Shown: positions 20,591-31,189, numbered from the stretch's first letter. The stretch is DNA of 64,000 nt from an uncultured Alphaproteobacteria bacterium (GCA_963698995.1 CAVOTD010000081.1:18583-82582), one strand, 5' to 3'. Notes: generated by a model not told the origin, from the letters alone. A program made the numbers and translations.

Positions 20591-21556
20591 TCAGCCTGGA
20601 TAAGCCCGGCGGCCGTGCTCGCGCATCCACAAGCGGACGAGATGACGCTTGTGGTCGGGCTCGGGGTGGTCGACAAACGCGGTGCGGCTGTGGCCAAGCG
20701 CCCGGTTGTGAACGAACTGAATCTGGCCCGGTTCGAGATCGAAATCGACCGACAAGGCGTCGTCCTCGAATATTTCGAGCACCGCCGCAATCGCAGCCTC
20801 TCCTTCGCTGTCGATCGGCTCGCCCCGGAGCGCGTAACCGCCGGTGATCTGGTGCACGCTGAAGCGCGCCTTCAACTCCCCAGCGTTCTCGAAGACCGGA
20901 GCGGAAAAGATCGCGCTTTCCCCCGGGCGATATTCGCGCTGCCGGTCGAACCAGAACGGCCGGTAGAGCCGTTGCAGTCGATCCCGATAGCGCGCCAGCA
21001 ATGCGTTGTGGACCGTATAAAAACTGATGACGCGGCTGTGCCCGCCGCTCTGCGCCTGGCGCAAACAGAACAGGCCAATATAATCGGGCGGCGTGTCGTT
21101 ATAGGCATTGTCGTTATGAAAGCGAATTTCGCTATTTGTCTTGTCGGGACGAATACCAGATCCGGGCAGCGCCTGCCGCCCGGTATCGAGAACATCATAG
21201 ATCATCGTGCCGTCGAGCTTCTGCGCCACGGGACGCGCAACCATGCTCGACAGCAGCCAATAGATTGCCGTCGCCTCCGCCGCGTCCATCTCGTCGACAG
21301 GCAGCCGGTCGACGATCGCAAAACGCCGGCCGCGATCGAGGATTTCGCGCACCCGAACCATTTCCTGCCGGCAGGCCGGCATCGCGAAATCGTCCGGGCC
21401 GCGCAGGATCGTCGGCAACGGGAAGGCCCTGATCTCGTCGACCGCCTGGCGGATCTCGTCGAGACAAGCGGCGGAGAGGTCGATCCGGTAGTCCTCCGGG
21501 CGAATATCGCGCCGCGCCCAGACGCTCGACCCCTCGAGCGGCGTGCTGATTTCCAT
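20591..21556 (-). CDS. TauD/TfdA-family Fe(II)/2-oxoglutarate dioxygenase
   Basis: Start MEISTPLEGS (ATG overlaps the upstream stop, TAATG). HxD in RFHNDNAY and a distal His in VHNRALGHSRTAF. The track ORF extension to 21958 was rejected. Confidence 0.7.
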   Translation of the reverse strand: MEISTPLEGSSVWARRDIRPEDYRIDLSAACLDEIRQAVDEIRAFPLPTILRGPDDFAMPACRQEMVRVREILDRGRRFAIVDRLPVDEMDAAEATAIYWLLSSMVARPVAQKLDGTMIYDVLDTGRQALPGSGIRPDKTNSEIRFHNDNAYNDTPPDYIGLFCLRQAQSGGHSRVISFYTVHNALLARYRDRLQRLYRPFWFDRQREYRPGESAIFSAPVFENAGELKARFSVHQITGGYALRGEPIDSEGEAAIAAVLEIFEDDALSVDFDLEPGQIQFVHNRALGHSRTAFVDHPEPDHKRHLVRLWMREHGRRAYPG

Positions 21557-22461
21557 TATTTCGTCCTCGCGACGCCAATCTCGGTCAGATAGAGCAACAC
21601 TCCGGGATGAACCAGCGAGATATCGGGCGCTGCCGCCGCGGTATTCGCCGCCGTCGTCTCGCGCGCCTGCGGCAGGCGCTCGCCAAGCGCGGCTTCGCCC
21701 CGGTGCAGCGCTCGCGCCAGCCGATACGCCAGATCGTCGTCGAGCCCCGGCCGGGCCAGAACAAAGCTCCACGAGCCGACCGATTGGATCGGCTGCGCCT
21801 GACCGGGATAGCTCCCCGCCGCTACGGTCAGCGGCTTCAGAAACGAATGCCGGGCGCGGATCCGTGTCGCCTCGGCGGGGCTCGGCGCGATGAACCGGGC
21901 ACCCGCCGGCGCCTCCGCGACTGCAGTGAAACCGGGCCAGCCGATGCCGCCGCCCCATAAAGCGGCGACCCGCCCGTCCAACACCATGGCGGGCCCGTCA
22001 CCGGCACGATCGAGATAAACCGCGGCGAAATCCCTCTCCGCGTCGAGCCCGATCCCGTCGAGGACATAACGCGCGAGGATCACCAGTCCGGAGCCGCGCG
22101 CGCCGAACGCCACCGCCTTCCTGCGAAGGTCGCCGATCGTATGATACGGGGTGTCGGCGCGGACGATGAACATCCCGGGCGTCGAATACATCGCCGTGAT
22201 GATCTTGAGCGTCGCCGGCGGCCGGCCGATCCCGAACAGCGCCTCGTAGGCGACCTCGCCTTGCACCAGCGCAATATCGACCGCCCCCGCCTCAAGCAGG
22301 GGCACGTTTTCGGTGCTTCCCTTGGTGTTGCGCGGGGTTACCGAGAGCGACGGGTCGACGGCGTTGACCGTGTCGGCGACGGCACCGCCATAGAGCGGAA
22401 AGCCGCCGCCCGGCGTAGCGGTTCCGAGAACCACAGCGGTCTTTGCCGGCGCGGACGTCAC
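21556..22461 (-). CDS. TAXI-family TRAP-type solute-binding protein homologue, no recognisable signal peptide
   Basis: Pattern VLGTATPGGGFPLYGGAVADTVN..VDIALVQGEVAYEA is typical of TAXI receptors. The N-terminus MTSAPAKTAVV lacks a hydrophobic leader. Confidence 0.65.
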   Translation of the reverse strand: MTSAPAKTAVVLGTATPGGGFPLYGGAVADTVNAVDPSLSVTPRNTKGSTENVPLLEAGAVDIALVQGEVAYEALFGIGRPPATLKIITAMYSTPGMFIVRADTPYHTIGDLRRKAVAFGARGSGLVILARYVLDGIGLDAERDFAAVYLDRAGDGPAMVLDGRVAALWGGGIGWPGFTAVAEAPAGARFIAPSPAEATRIRARHSFLKPLTVAAGSYPGQAQPIQSVGSWSFVLARPGLDDDLAYRLARALHRGEAALGERLPQARETTAANTAAAAPDISLVHPGVLLYLTEIGVARTK

Positions 22462-22479
22462 GATGACGGCGTCCGGAGG

Positions 22480-22959
22480 TCAGCCATGCCGATGGATCGG
22501 ATCGATCCAACGAACCTCTTGCGGCCGCTCGACCGGCTCGATGTCGAGATTGACGACGACCGCCTTGTTGTCGCTGCGCACCAGGACGCATTCGAGTGTC
22601 TCGTCGGCCGATGCGTTGATCTCCTGGTGCGGCACATAGGGCGGCACAAAGATGAAATCGCCGGGACCGGCTTCGGCGACGTATTCGAGATGCTCGCCCC
22701 AGCGCATCCGCGCCCGGCCCTTGAGAACGTAGATCACGCTCTCGAGCTGGCCGTGATGATGTGCCCCAGTCTTCGCATTGGCGTGGATCTTGACGGTGCC
22801 GGCCCAGATCTTCTGGGCCCCGACCCGCGCGAGATTGATCGCCGCGGCTCGATCCATTCCCGGAGTTTGCGCGGTGTTCGGGTCGAGCTGATCGCCGGGG
22901 ATCACCTTGACGCCGTGAATCTTCCAATCGACCGGCCCGTGCTCGTGTCTGTCGCTCAT
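22480..22959 (-). CDS. Cupin-domain protein
   Basis: Start MSDRHEHGPVDW (ATG complement 22957-22959). Cupin motifs GAHHHGQLESVIYVLKG and GDFIFVPPYVPHQEIN. Confidence 0.75.
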   Translation of the reverse strand: MSDRHEHGPVDWKIHGVKVIPGDQLDPNTAQTPGMDRAAAINLARVGAQKIWAGTVKIHANAKTGAHHHGQLESVIYVLKGRARMRWGEHLEYVAEAGPGDFIFVPPYVPHQEINASADETLECVLVRSDNKAVVVNLDIEPVERPQEVRWIDPIHRHG

Positions 22960-23096
22960 CCCGCTGGCCCCACCTACCTGCCCGCAAAAACGATATAGGT
23001 CTCCCGGCACCCTCTCAACAGTCGCGTTTCGAGACTTGAATTCGATGCAGTTTCGATATATCTAATCCGCGATATATCGAAACTAATGAGGTTCAA

Positions 23097-23669
23097 ATGC
23101 TCAAACACAGACACGATCGCGACGACAGGCGTCATGCACGAGGCGGTTTCGGCTTCGGCGGCGGACGCTTCGGCGGTCATCACCGCGCCGGTGGCCGGGG
23201 CGGCCCGCGCGGCCGCGTCTTCGATCACGGCGATCTGCGCTACGTGCTGCTCCAGCTGATTGCCGAAAAGCCGCGCCACGGCTACGAGCTGATCAAGGCG
23301 ATCGAGGAGAAATTCGGCGGGATGTACAGCCCCAGCCCCGGGGTGATCTATCCGACCTTGACCCTTCTCGAAGAGCTCGGCCACCTGCGCGCCGAAACCG
23401 GCGGCGGCACCAAGCGGCTCTATTCGACGACCGAAGAGGGTGCCGCCTTTCTCGCCGCCAACCGTGCCCTGGTCGACGCGATTTTCGGCAGGATGGCAGA
23501 AATGACCCGAGCCTTCGGCGGCGGACCCGCGCCGGAGATCCGGCGGGCGATGCACAATCTCGAGCTCGCTCTGTCGATCCGTCTTGGCAAGGGTCCGCTC
23601 GATGAGGGCCAGGTGCGCACGATCACCGATGCGCTCGACCGCGTCGCCGGCGAGATCGAGCGCGGCTGA
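23097..23669 (+). CDS. PadR-family transcriptional regulator
   Basis: LRYVLLQLIAEKPRHGYELIKAIEEKFGGMYSPSPGVIYPTLTLLEELG. Divergent from the cupin operon. Confidence 0.85.
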   Translation: MLKHRHDRDDRRHARGGFGFGGGRFGGHHRAGGRGGPRGRVFDHGDLRYVLLQLIAEKPRHGYELIKAIEEKFGGMYSPSPGVIYPTLTLLEELGHLRAETGGGTKRLYSTTEEGAAFLAANRALVDAIFGRMAEMTRAFGGGPAPEIRRAMHNLELALSIRLGKGPLDEGQVRTITDALDRVAGEIERG

Positions 23670-23798
23670 AATAACTTCGCCGTGCCGATCCCGGTCGTCG
23701 AAAGCTCTATCGTGATCGCGCTGGCGATTGCGATACTGTTGATGCTGCTGGTGCCCTGAGCCCGGCATGCCACCCTTCGACGAACTGCCGGTAATCCG

Positions 23799-24725
23799 AT
23801 GAAGCTCGCTGTGCCCGATTTGATCTCGAACTCCTACTTCCCGGCGGTTGCAGCGGTCGAGCTCGGTTTCTTCGCGCGGGAAGGCCTCGATGTCTCCCTT
23901 GAGCTGATCTTTCCGGTCGACAAAGCCTATCAGGCGATGCGCGACGGCGCCGTCGAGTTTGTCGGCGGGTCGGCGCATTCGGCGCTCGCCGCCTTTCCCG
24001 AGTGGGAGGGTGCAAAATTGCTCTGCGCCCAGGCGCAGGGGATGTATTGGTTCCTCGTGATGCGGGCCGACATCGGCGCCGCGCGCGGCGATGTCGGGGT
24101 GGTTCGCGGGCGTAGCATCGGTGCGGCGCCCTGGGTCGAAATGGGGTTGCGCCGGCTCCTCGTCGAGGCGGGGATCGACCTGCAGCGCGACGCGGTGTCG
24201 ATCGGGCCGGTGCCCGGAGCCTCGGGAGCCGGGGTTAATTTCGGGCTCACCGCCGCCAAGGCGCTTGAAGACGGCATGATCGACGGGTTCTGGGCAAACG
24301 GCATGGGGACCGAGGTCGCGGTGCGCCGCGGCGTCGGCATCGTCGTCCTCGATGTGCGCCGCGGCGACGGCCCGAGACCCTGCTTCAACTATACGACGGC
24401 TTCGCTCGCCGCGACCGACCGGTTGATCGACGGCTCTCCCGCGATCGCCGCCGCCGCGATCCGCGCGATCGTCAAGACCCAGGCAGCCCTCAGAGAGGAT
24501 CCCGCACGCGCCACCGAGGTCGGCCGCAAGCTTTTTCCGCCTGCCGAGGCCGAGCTGATCGCTGAGCTGATCCGCCGCGATCTGCCGTTCTACGACGCCG
24601 TGATCTCGCCGGACTTTGTCGCCGGCATGAACCAATTCGCTCGCGACATCGGCATCCTCAAGGGCGACATCCCCTACGACAAGGTCGTCGCTGCCCGCTT
24701 CGCTGCACTGTGGCGGAGCCGATGA
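23799..24725 (+). CDS. NMT1/THI5-like (NitT/TauT-type) substrate-binding-fold protein without signal peptide
   Basis: 308 aa, begins MKLAVPDLISNSYFPAVAAVELGFF. The long antisense ORF 22974..24755 is judged spurious. Confidence 0.55.
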   Translation: MKLAVPDLISNSYFPAVAAVELGFFAREGLDVSLELIFPVDKAYQAMRDGAVEFVGGSAHSALAAFPEWEGAKLLCAQAQGMYWFLVMRADIGAARGDVGVVRGRSIGAAPWVEMGLRRLLVEAGIDLQRDAVSIGPVPGASGAGVNFGLTAAKALEDGMIDGFWANGMGTEVAVRRGVGIVVLDVRRGDGPRPCFNYTTASLAATDRLIDGSPAIAAAAIRAIVKTQAALREDPARATEVGRKLFPPAEAELIAELIRRDLPFYDAVISPDFVAGMNQFARDIGILKGDIPYDKVVAARFAALWRSR

Positions 24726-25029
24726 CGGTCTGCCGTAGCCATGCTCAGGCACCAAGGATGCGCTGGAGGAGCTGCAGCAGTCCAGCGCCTACGGTCCTTG
24801 CTGAAATCGCAAATACTCCAACAATTCCCGCGCGAAGCGTCAATATGAGTCCGAGTGCGGCCAAGCCTCGCCAGCCGCTCCCGCGGAGGTGGTTTTTCCC
24901 GAGTCTGAAATCGTAATCCATAACCACGGGTATCTCTCGCCGGTGCTGGCGCGCACTGGCCGGGACACACCGAGCTCGGTCAGAAGCGCATCCTCACTAT
25001 ATCAAATGTTCTCAATTTGTCAATAAATA

Positions 25030-25794
25030 TTAATTTCGCAACCCACAAGTCGGGCATTCCGGGTCCTTGGTGATGCGGATCGCGTGAAAGCGCGCGCGCA
25101 GCGCATCATAGAGAAGAAGCGTCCCATCGAGGCTTTCGCCGAGCTGCAGCAATTCTTTTAACACCTCCACCGCCTGTAAAGTGCCGAGCACGCCGGCAAC
25201 GGCGCCGAGGATGCCGGCGGTCTCGCAGCGAGGGACAAGGTCGGGTGGCGGCGGGTCGCGAAACAGGCAGCGATAGCAGGGGTGGCCGGCGCCGAGATAT
25301 GGCTTGAAAGTGGAGATCTGACCCTCGAAAGGCGAGAGCGCTGCCGCCACCAGGGGTTTTTCCAGGCGATAGCAGAGATCGGTCAGCAGATAGCGAGTCT
25401 CGAAATTGTCGCTGCCATCGACAACGAGGTCATAGCGCTGAAGCAATGCCTCGGCGTTTTCCGGCGCGAGGCGCAGCGCGTAAGTTTCGACCCGGACGCC
25501 GGGGTTGATCTCGGCGAGCGTGTCGTGAGCGCTGTCCACCTTAAGCGCGCCGACCCGTTGCGTCGCATGGACGATCTGGCGCTGCAGGTTGGTGAGGTCG
25601 ACGCGATCGGCATCGGTGATTCCGATCGTTCCGACGCCAGCGGCGGCGAGATAGAGCAGCAACGGCGAGCCAAGGCCGCCCGCGCCGATCACCAGGACCC
25701 GCGACGCGAGGAGGCGCATCTGGCCCTCCTCGCCGACCTCGTCCAGGATCAAGTGGCGCGCATAGCGCTGAAACTGCTCTTCGGTGAGCTCCAC
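25030..25794 (-). CDS. HesA/MoeB/ThiF-family adenylyltransferase (molybdopterin-synthase adenylyltransferase-like)
   Basis: FQRYARHLIL..VLVIGAGGLGSPLLLYLAAAGVG..DRVDLTNLQRQ, plus two CxxC pairs (CYRC, CPTC). Confidence 0.85.
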   Translation of the reverse strand: MELTEEQFQRYARHLILDEVGEEGQMRLLASRVLVIGAGGLGSPLLLYLAAAGVGTIGITDADRVDLTNLQRQIVHATQRVGALKVDSAHDTLAEINPGVRVETYALRLAPENAEALLQRYDLVVDGSDNFETRYLLTDLCYRLEKPLVAAALSPFEGQISTFKPYLGAGHPCYRCLFRDPPPPDLVPRCETAGILGAVAGVLGTLQAVEVLKELLQLGESLDGTLLLYDALRARFHAIRITKDPECPTCGLRN

Positions 25795-25807
25795 TGGAGG
25801 AGCTGCC

Positions 25808-26785
25808 TCAGAGGCCGTCGAAGAGGGCGGTCGAGAGATAGCGCTCGGCGAAGCTCGGCAACACGACGACGATGGTCTTGCCGGTCATGTCTGCGCGCGA
25901 GCCGACTTCGAGGGCCGCGGCGAGCGCTGCGCCAGAGGAAATCCCGACGGGCAGGCCGTCGAGCCGGGCCGCCTGCTGCGCCGTGCGAAAGGCGGTCTCG
26001 TTGCCGATGCGGATGACCTCGTCGATCAGCTTGGTGTCAAGGATCTCCGGGATAAATCCCGCGCCAATTCCTTGGATCTTGTGCGGGCCCGGAGGCCCCC
26101 CGGACAACACTGGACTGTCCTCCGGCTCGACCGCGATCATCTTAAGCCCGGGCTTGCGCGCCTTGAGGACCGAGCCGACGCCGGTTAGAGTGCCGCCGGT
26201 GCCGATGCCGCTGACCACCGCATCGACCGCGCCACCGGTGTCCCTCCAGATCTCCTCTGCTGTTGTGCGGCGGTGGATTTCGGGATTAGCGGGATTCTCG
26301 AATTGCTGCGGGATGAACGCGTCCGGTAGCGAGCCGGCGATCTCCTCGGCCTTGGCGATGGCGCCGCGCATCCCTTGGGCTGCCGGGGTCAATTCGAGCT
26401 CAGCACCGAGCAATTTCAGCATCTTGCGGCGTTCTACCGACATGCTGTCCGGCATCGTCAAGATCAGACGGTACCCTTTGGCCGCACAGACGAAGGCAAG
26501 CGCAATCCCGGTGTTGCCGGAGGTTGGCTCGACCAGCACGGTTCCGGGCTTGATCCGCCCCGCCGCCTCGGCGGCGGCGATCATCGAAACACCGATGCGG
26601 TCCTTGACCGAGCCGAGCGGGTTGAAAAACTCGCATTTGGCCAGGATATCGGCCTTCGCTCCAGCGTCTTTTGCGAGACGGTGGATGCGGACCAGTGGCG
26701 TAGCACCAATCGTATCAATGATGCTGTCATAAACCCGGCCGCGAAACTCAGTGCCCTGCGTGGCTGTCGTGGTGGCGGTGTCCAT
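25808..26785 (-). CDS. cysK: Cysteine synthase A (O-acetylserine sulfhydrylase)
   Basis: [10 protein letters not shown] (PLP lysine), [23 protein letters not shown]. Confidence 0.9.
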   Translation of the reverse strand: MDTATTTATQGTEFRGRVYDSIIDTIGATPLVRIHRLAKDAGAKADILAKCEFFNPLGSVKDRIGVSMIAAAEAAGRIKPGTVLVEPTSGNTGIALAFVCAAKGYRLILTMPDSMSVERRKMLKLLGAELELTPAAQGMRGAIAKAEEIAGSLPDAFIPQQFENPANPEIHRRTTAEEIWRDTGGAVDAVVSGIGTGGTLTGVGSVLKARKPGLKMIAVEPEDSPVLSGGPPGPHKIQGIGAGFIPEILDTKLIDEVIRIGNETAFRTAQQAARLDGLPVGISSGAALAAALEVGSRADMTGKTIVVVLPSFAERYLSTALFDGL

Positions 26786-26924
26786 CGGGCCCTCCCTTCG
26801 TATTCGCTCTTGATGTAAGCCGATTACGGGGACGCTGCAATCAAGCGAGCGGATTGGCGCCCCGCTGTCGTTCCGAGCCGCCCAGAGCGGCAGTCTAGAC
26901 CGGAGGATAAAATCCCGGTGCTCT

Positions 26925-27380
26925 CTAGATCTCGAAATCGGTGCATTCGGTGGTGCGGCCCGCGATGCCCGCGCGGTGCGCCCGGCCGCAGAGATCCTCC
27001 AGGGTCACCAGGTCGAGCCGCTTCATTGTCTCTTCCTCGAGCTCAAGCCACAGCGGGCGCACAATTCGATGGCCGAGGGCGCTCCCCGCCGGGTCGCTGA
27101 TCGGATCTTCCGAGGTTTCGAGCCCCTTTAATGCTCGGACGATGTCGCCGAGGCTGATCCGCCGTCTTTCGCGGGCGAGACGATAGCCGCCGCTCGGGCC
27201 GCGGATCCCCAGTAGGATTTTATGCCGCACGAGCTCCTGAAGCACGGGCTCGAGATAGCGGCGTGGGATTCTCTGACGCTCGGTAATCTCGGAGGATCGA
27301 ACCGGCGTCTGACCGCCATTATAGGCGATGTCGAGCACTGCCTCGATGGCGAAAAGCAGTTTCTTGGTTAAACGTATCAT
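26925..27380 (-). CDS. Rrf2-family transcriptional regulator
   Basis: Start [20 protein letters not shown] (ATG complement 27378-27380). HTH region [20 protein letters not shown]. The track extension to 27566 was rejected. Confidence 0.85.
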   Translation of the reverse strand: MIRLTKKLLFAIEAVLDIAYNGGQTPVRSSEITERQRIPRRYLEPVLQELVRHKILLGIRGPSGGYRLARERRRISLGDIVRALKGLETSEDPISDPAGSALGHRIVRPLWLELEEETMKRLDLVTLEDLCGRAHRAGIAGRTTECTDFEI

Positions 27381-27562
27381 ATCGCCCGAACCGCCACCCC
27401 GTAATTCCGGGTCTTGTTGGCATGAGTGTCGCCCGGGAAGCGAATCGGGACAAGCGGCCTTATGCCGCCCGACGCGAAACCCCGCGCTTGTTGGCTTCCG
27501 CGCTCGGAACAGAACGGTGAGATCGCGAAATCCTGCAATGGGACGCCGGTCAGAGACGAACG

Positions 27563-28780
27563 TCACGAAGAACGCGAGAGTTCGTGTCCGAGCGACCCGG
27601 CAATCCGGTCGGCGAGCCGAGCGGCGACCTCGCGCTTGGTCATCGCCGGCCAGTCTTCGACGCCCGCCGCGTCGACCAGGTGGATCCTGTTACGGTCGCC
27701 GCCAAAGGTCCCCGTTCCGGGTGACACATCGTTGGCCAGTATCCAATCGCAACGCTTGCGTTCGAGCTTGATGCGGGCGTTGCGCACGACGTCGTCCGTC
27801 TCCGCCGCAAAGCCGATGACCAGGGTAGGACGGTCGTTGCTGCGCTGTGCGACGCAGGACAGAATGTCCGGGTTCTCAGTAAGGCGGAGCACCGGCGGGC
27901 CGGCCCCATCCTTCTTCAGCTTATGCGCGGTGGCGCCCTCAACCCGCCAATCGGCGACAGCGGCCGCCATCACCGCGACATCGACCGGAAGCGCGGCCTC
28001 GCAAGCGGCGAGCATCTCCGCCGCGGTCTCGACCGGAACGAGCTTGACCCCGGGCGGGGCTGGCTCTTGCGTCGGTCCGCAGACGAGCACCGTCTCGGCG
28101 CCGAGCGCCGACAGCGCCGCTGCGATCGCGTGGCCCTGTTTGCCCGAGGAATGGTTCGAGATGTAGCGCACCGGATCGATCGGCTCGCGGGTCGGCCCGC
28201 TGGTCACCAGGGCGCGCCGGCCGGCAAGCTTCGGGTCGCCGAACCAGAGATGCTCGATTGCCGCGACGATCTCTAAAGGCTCGGCCATGCGGCCCGACCC
28301 GACCTCCCCGCAGGCGAGCTCGCCCGAACCCGGGCCGATGCGGACGATGCCGCGCTTCTCGAGGGCCGCCAGATTGGCTTGCGTCGCCGGATGGGCCCAC
28401 ATCATCAGATTCATTGTCGGCGCGATCAGCACCGGCTTGTCGGAAGCGAGCAGCGCCGTTGTCGCCAAATCGTCGGCGAGCCCCGCTGCCATGCGCGCGA
28501 TCAGATCGGCGCTCGCCGGTGCGACGACGATGAGATCGGCCTCGCGGGAGAGCCGGATGTGTCCCATCTCGCTCTCGTCGGTCAGCGACCAGAGATCGTC
28601 GTAAACCTTGTCCTCGCTCAATGAGGCGGCCGACAGCGGGGTCACGAAATGTCTCGCTGCAGCGGTCATTATGCAGCGCACCGCGGCGCCCCGCTCGCGC
28701 AGGCGACGGATCAGTTCGAGGCTCTTATAGGCGGCGATCCCGCCGGAAATGATCAGTAAAATGCGCCGGTCCTGGAGCAA
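27563..28780 (-). CDS. coaBC: Bifunctional phosphopantothenoylcysteine decarboxylase / phosphopantothenate-cysteine ligase
   Basis: RILLIISGGIAAYKSLELIRRL, 405 aa, TTG start. Confidence 0.92.
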   Translation of the reverse strand: MLQDRRILLIISGGIAAYKSLELIRRLRERGAAVRCIMTAAARHFVTPLSAASLSEDKVYDDLWSLTDESEMGHIRLSREADLIVVAPASADLIARMAAGLADDLATTALLASDKPVLIAPTMNLMMWAHPATQANLAALEKRGIVRIGPGSGELACGEVGSGRMAEPLEIVAAIEHLWFGDPKLAGRRALVTSGPTREPIDPVRYISNHSSGKQGHAIAAALSALGAETVLVCGPTQEPAPPGVKLVPVETAAEMLAACEAALPVDVAVMAAAVADWRVEGATAHKLKKDGAGPPVLRLTENPDILSCVAQRSNDRPTLVIGFAAETDDVVRNARIKLERKRCDWILANDVSPGTGTFGGDRNRIHLVDAAGVEDWPAMTKREVAARLADRIAGSLGHELSRSS

Positions 28781-29113
28781 AACGGGCCTCCGCCAACGTC
28801 AACCCAGAGCAGTATGCTACCGTCGGAAGACCAGGGCGAGGTCAATCACCGAGAAGCCAGCGTGGTCGTGCGGCCGACCGCACTAGCCGCACCCTCCGCG
28901 GCGCGATCCGCCCGTGCTCGCCGGCAATCCGGGCGGTTTGGCGCCATTAAGGCCCGATACAAAGAGAAGCTGCACCGCGGCGATGATCTTATGACTTTCA
29001 AGGTGGGCCTCTTAGACTGTTGAGGTCGTACGAAAAGATCTGGTCTTCGAGGCGTTGAACGAGCGGATCCAGCTTGATCACAACAGGGCCGCTCCGGTCC
29101 CCAAAAGGCGCGG

Positions 29114-29461
29114 TTATCGATAAGAAATCGCATACCTCTCGACCTCGCAGACATTGATATCCCGACGAACCAGACTGGTTCCGTCGTCGAAAACGGTTTT
29201 GAAGTCGAAGCGGCAGTTTCCTGTCGCGCCGTCGATATTGACCGGCATAGAAGTCGCCGGGGCTAAGAAGTTGTCGCCCAAGATATCTTGTTCCCAGCGC
29301 CCCGTTCCGACTGGCGAAGCGTAGACTTCGACAATCGCCAGCCGCGTAGTGTTGGTGAGCTCGATTTGGTGGTCGAAAGCCAACGCTGGAGGCCCGGTAG
29401 CGGTTTGCAACGCGCAGAGGATCGAACCCGCGAGCGTAGCGGAAGCGTGGATTTTAAGCAT
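29114..29461 (-). CDS. Small secreted hypothetical protein
   Basis: Start MLKIHASATLAGSILCALQTATGPPALA (signal-peptide-like). 115 aa. Confidence 0.5.
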   Translation of the reverse strand: MLKIHASATLAGSILCALQTATGPPALAFDHQIELTNTTRLAIVEVYASPVGTGRWEQDILGDNFLAPATSMPVNIDGATGNCRFDFKTVFDDGTSLVRRDINVCEVERYAISYR

Positions 29462-29593
29462 ATTCGGCTCCGTCAATGGCTCGGGGGTTGGCCGCAAGCC
29501 AGCCACCTCCCGGCTGAGCCTAATGTGCGCCGGTCCATAGCCCGTCCTATGTGAAGCGCTTCACACAAGCGCAAAATTCGCTTTGGTCTGAGG

Positions 29594-31189
29594 CTACCGC
29601 CGGAGCAGGAGAGTAATGGCGACCGTCGCTAGGGCCGCCGCGGTGACCCATACGGGAATAAGCACAATGGCCAGGTGGCGCGCTCGATGCGCGGCTTGCA
29701 CCGCCAGGGTCTCGGCGTGCAGAACGACGCCATTGCGAGACCAATCGGTGACCAGCGTCTCGAGACTGCGCACCAGCCGCGGCACCCGTTCCACGAGGTC
29801 GGCAAGGGTCTCCAGCCCGAGGCGCAACTTCGCTTCAGGCCCGCGGTTGTCTCGCATCCACTCCTCGATCAGCGGCTGCGCCAATGTCCAGATATTGATA
29901 TTCGGATCGAGCCGGCGGCCGACGCCCTCGATGACCACCATCGTCTTCTGGAGCAGCAAGAGCTGCGGCTGGGTCTCCATCTCGAACTGCTCGGTGATCT
30001 CGAAGAGCTGCGCTAGAAGGCGGGCGACCGAAATCTCGTGCAGCGGCTTGCCGAGGATCGGCTCGCCGATCGAGCGGCAGGCCTGGGTGAAGGCGTCGAC
30101 CGACAAGCGCTGCGGCACATAGCCCGCGGCAAAATGGATTTCGGCTACCCGACGATAATCTCCGGACAGGAAGCCGATCAGCATGTCGGCGAGATAAAAC
30201 CGGGTGGCGCGGTCGAGCCGGCCCATAATGCCGAAATCGACAACGACGATCGCGCCGTCGGCGTCGACGAACATGTTTCCGGGATGTAAATCGGCGTGGA
30301 AAAAACCGTCGCGGAACACCTGGTTGAAAAATGCCGCAGCAGCCTTGCCCAACAGATCCTCGATCCGATGCCCGGCAGCAAGGAGCGCAGCGCGGTCGTC
30401 GATATGAAGACCATTGATCCGCTCCAGGGTCAGCACGGTGCGGCCGGTGCGCAGCCAATCGACCCGGGGCACCCGGAAATACGGAGCGCCGGCGAAATTC
30501 TCGCCGAGTTCCGCGGCCGCGGCAGCCTCGAGGCGCAAATCCATCTCGAACCTGACGATCTCGGCGAGCGTCTCCACCACTTCGACCGGCTTGAGACGGC
30601 GCAGCGCCGGTTGTAGCCGCTCGCCCAATCCGGCGAGCCACAGAAAGAGGTCGAGGTCGCGGGCAAAAGCCTCGGCGATGCCCGGGCGCAGCACCTTGAT
30701 TGCGACCTCGTGCCCGTCCGTGGTTCGCGCGAAATGGACCTGGGCGATCGAGGCGGCGGCAATCGCGGTCTCATCAAACGACGCGAACAAACTATCGAGC
30801 GGGCACGCAAACTCAGCCTCGATCAGGGCGCGGGCGGCATCGCCTGGGAAGGGCGGCAAGCGGTCCTGCAAACTCGCCAAATCGACTGTGATTTCTTCAC
30901 CGAAGAGATCGGCTCGGGTCGACAGCAATTGGCCGAGCTTGATGAAGCTCGGACCCAATTCCTCGAATGCGGCAGCGAGCCGCTGGCCCGGGCGCGGCGT
31001 CGACCGCGCCGCGGCGGCGCGGCAAACAGACGGCCAAACCGCATAAACAGGCACCGCGGCGGGAACGCCGGCCAACGGAAAGAGCGCGTCGTGCCGCGCC
31101 AGCGTCAGGCAGATGCGGACGAGACGCGCGCAGTTGCGGACACCGCGTAGAAACCCGAACGGAGGGTCGGAGCGGGTCAGAGACGCCAA
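29594..31189 (-). CDS. ubiB: Ubiquinone biosynthesis protein kinase-like UbiB (ABC1 family)
   Basis: [36 protein letters not shown], two C-terminal TM helices. Confidence 0.9.
   Translation of the reverse strand: MASLTRSDPPFGFLRGVRNCARLVRICLTLARHDALFPLAGVPAAVPVYAVWPSVCRAAAARSTPRPGQRLAAAFEELGPSFIKLGQLLSTRADLFGEEITVDLASLQDRLPPFPGDAARALIEAEFACPLDSLFASFDETAIAAASIAQVHFARTTDGHEVAIKVLRPGIAEAFARDLDLFLWLAGLGERLQPALRRLKPVEVVETLAEIVRFEMDLRLEAAAAAELGENFAGAPYFRVPRVDWLRTGRTVLTLERINGLHIDDRAALLAAGHRIEDLLGKAAAAFFNQVFRDGFFHADLHPGNMFVDADGAIVVVDFGIMGRLDRATRFYLADMLIGFLSGDYRRVAEIHFAAGYVPQRLSVDAFTQACRSIGEPILGKPLHEISVARLLAQLFEITEQFEMETQPQLLLLQKTMVVIEGVGRRLDPNINIWTLAQPLIEEWMRDNRGPEAKLRLGLETLADLVERVPRLVRSLETLVTDWSRNGVVLHAETLAVQAAHRARHLAIVLIPVWVTAAALATVAITLLLRR

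Noticed and set aside
19492-20847. 451-aa + strand ORF. The same applies to 39469..40731, 95..994, 986..1900, 31496..32608, 42837..43742, 34556..35578 and 20570..21592.
   Set aside because: All are opposite-strand or off-frame shadows of confidently identified genes (aminotransferase, groEL, guaB, the binding protein, mutM/ubiE, the HpaB-like gene, the oxidoreductase, TauD).
22974-24755. 593-aa minus-strand ORF, the longest in this region
   Set aside because: It is antisense to the well-supported PadR and NMT1-like genes. Its Arg/Gly/Asp/Ala-rich low-complexity composition is typical of shadow ORFs in high-GC DNA, and it has no recognisable motif.
24745-24927. 60-aa minus-strand ORF downstream of the moeB-like gene, considered as a possible ThiS/CysO-type sulfur carrier
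   Set aside because: It ends in ILGA rather than the Gly-Gly required for carrier activation. It is hydrophobic and has weak start context.
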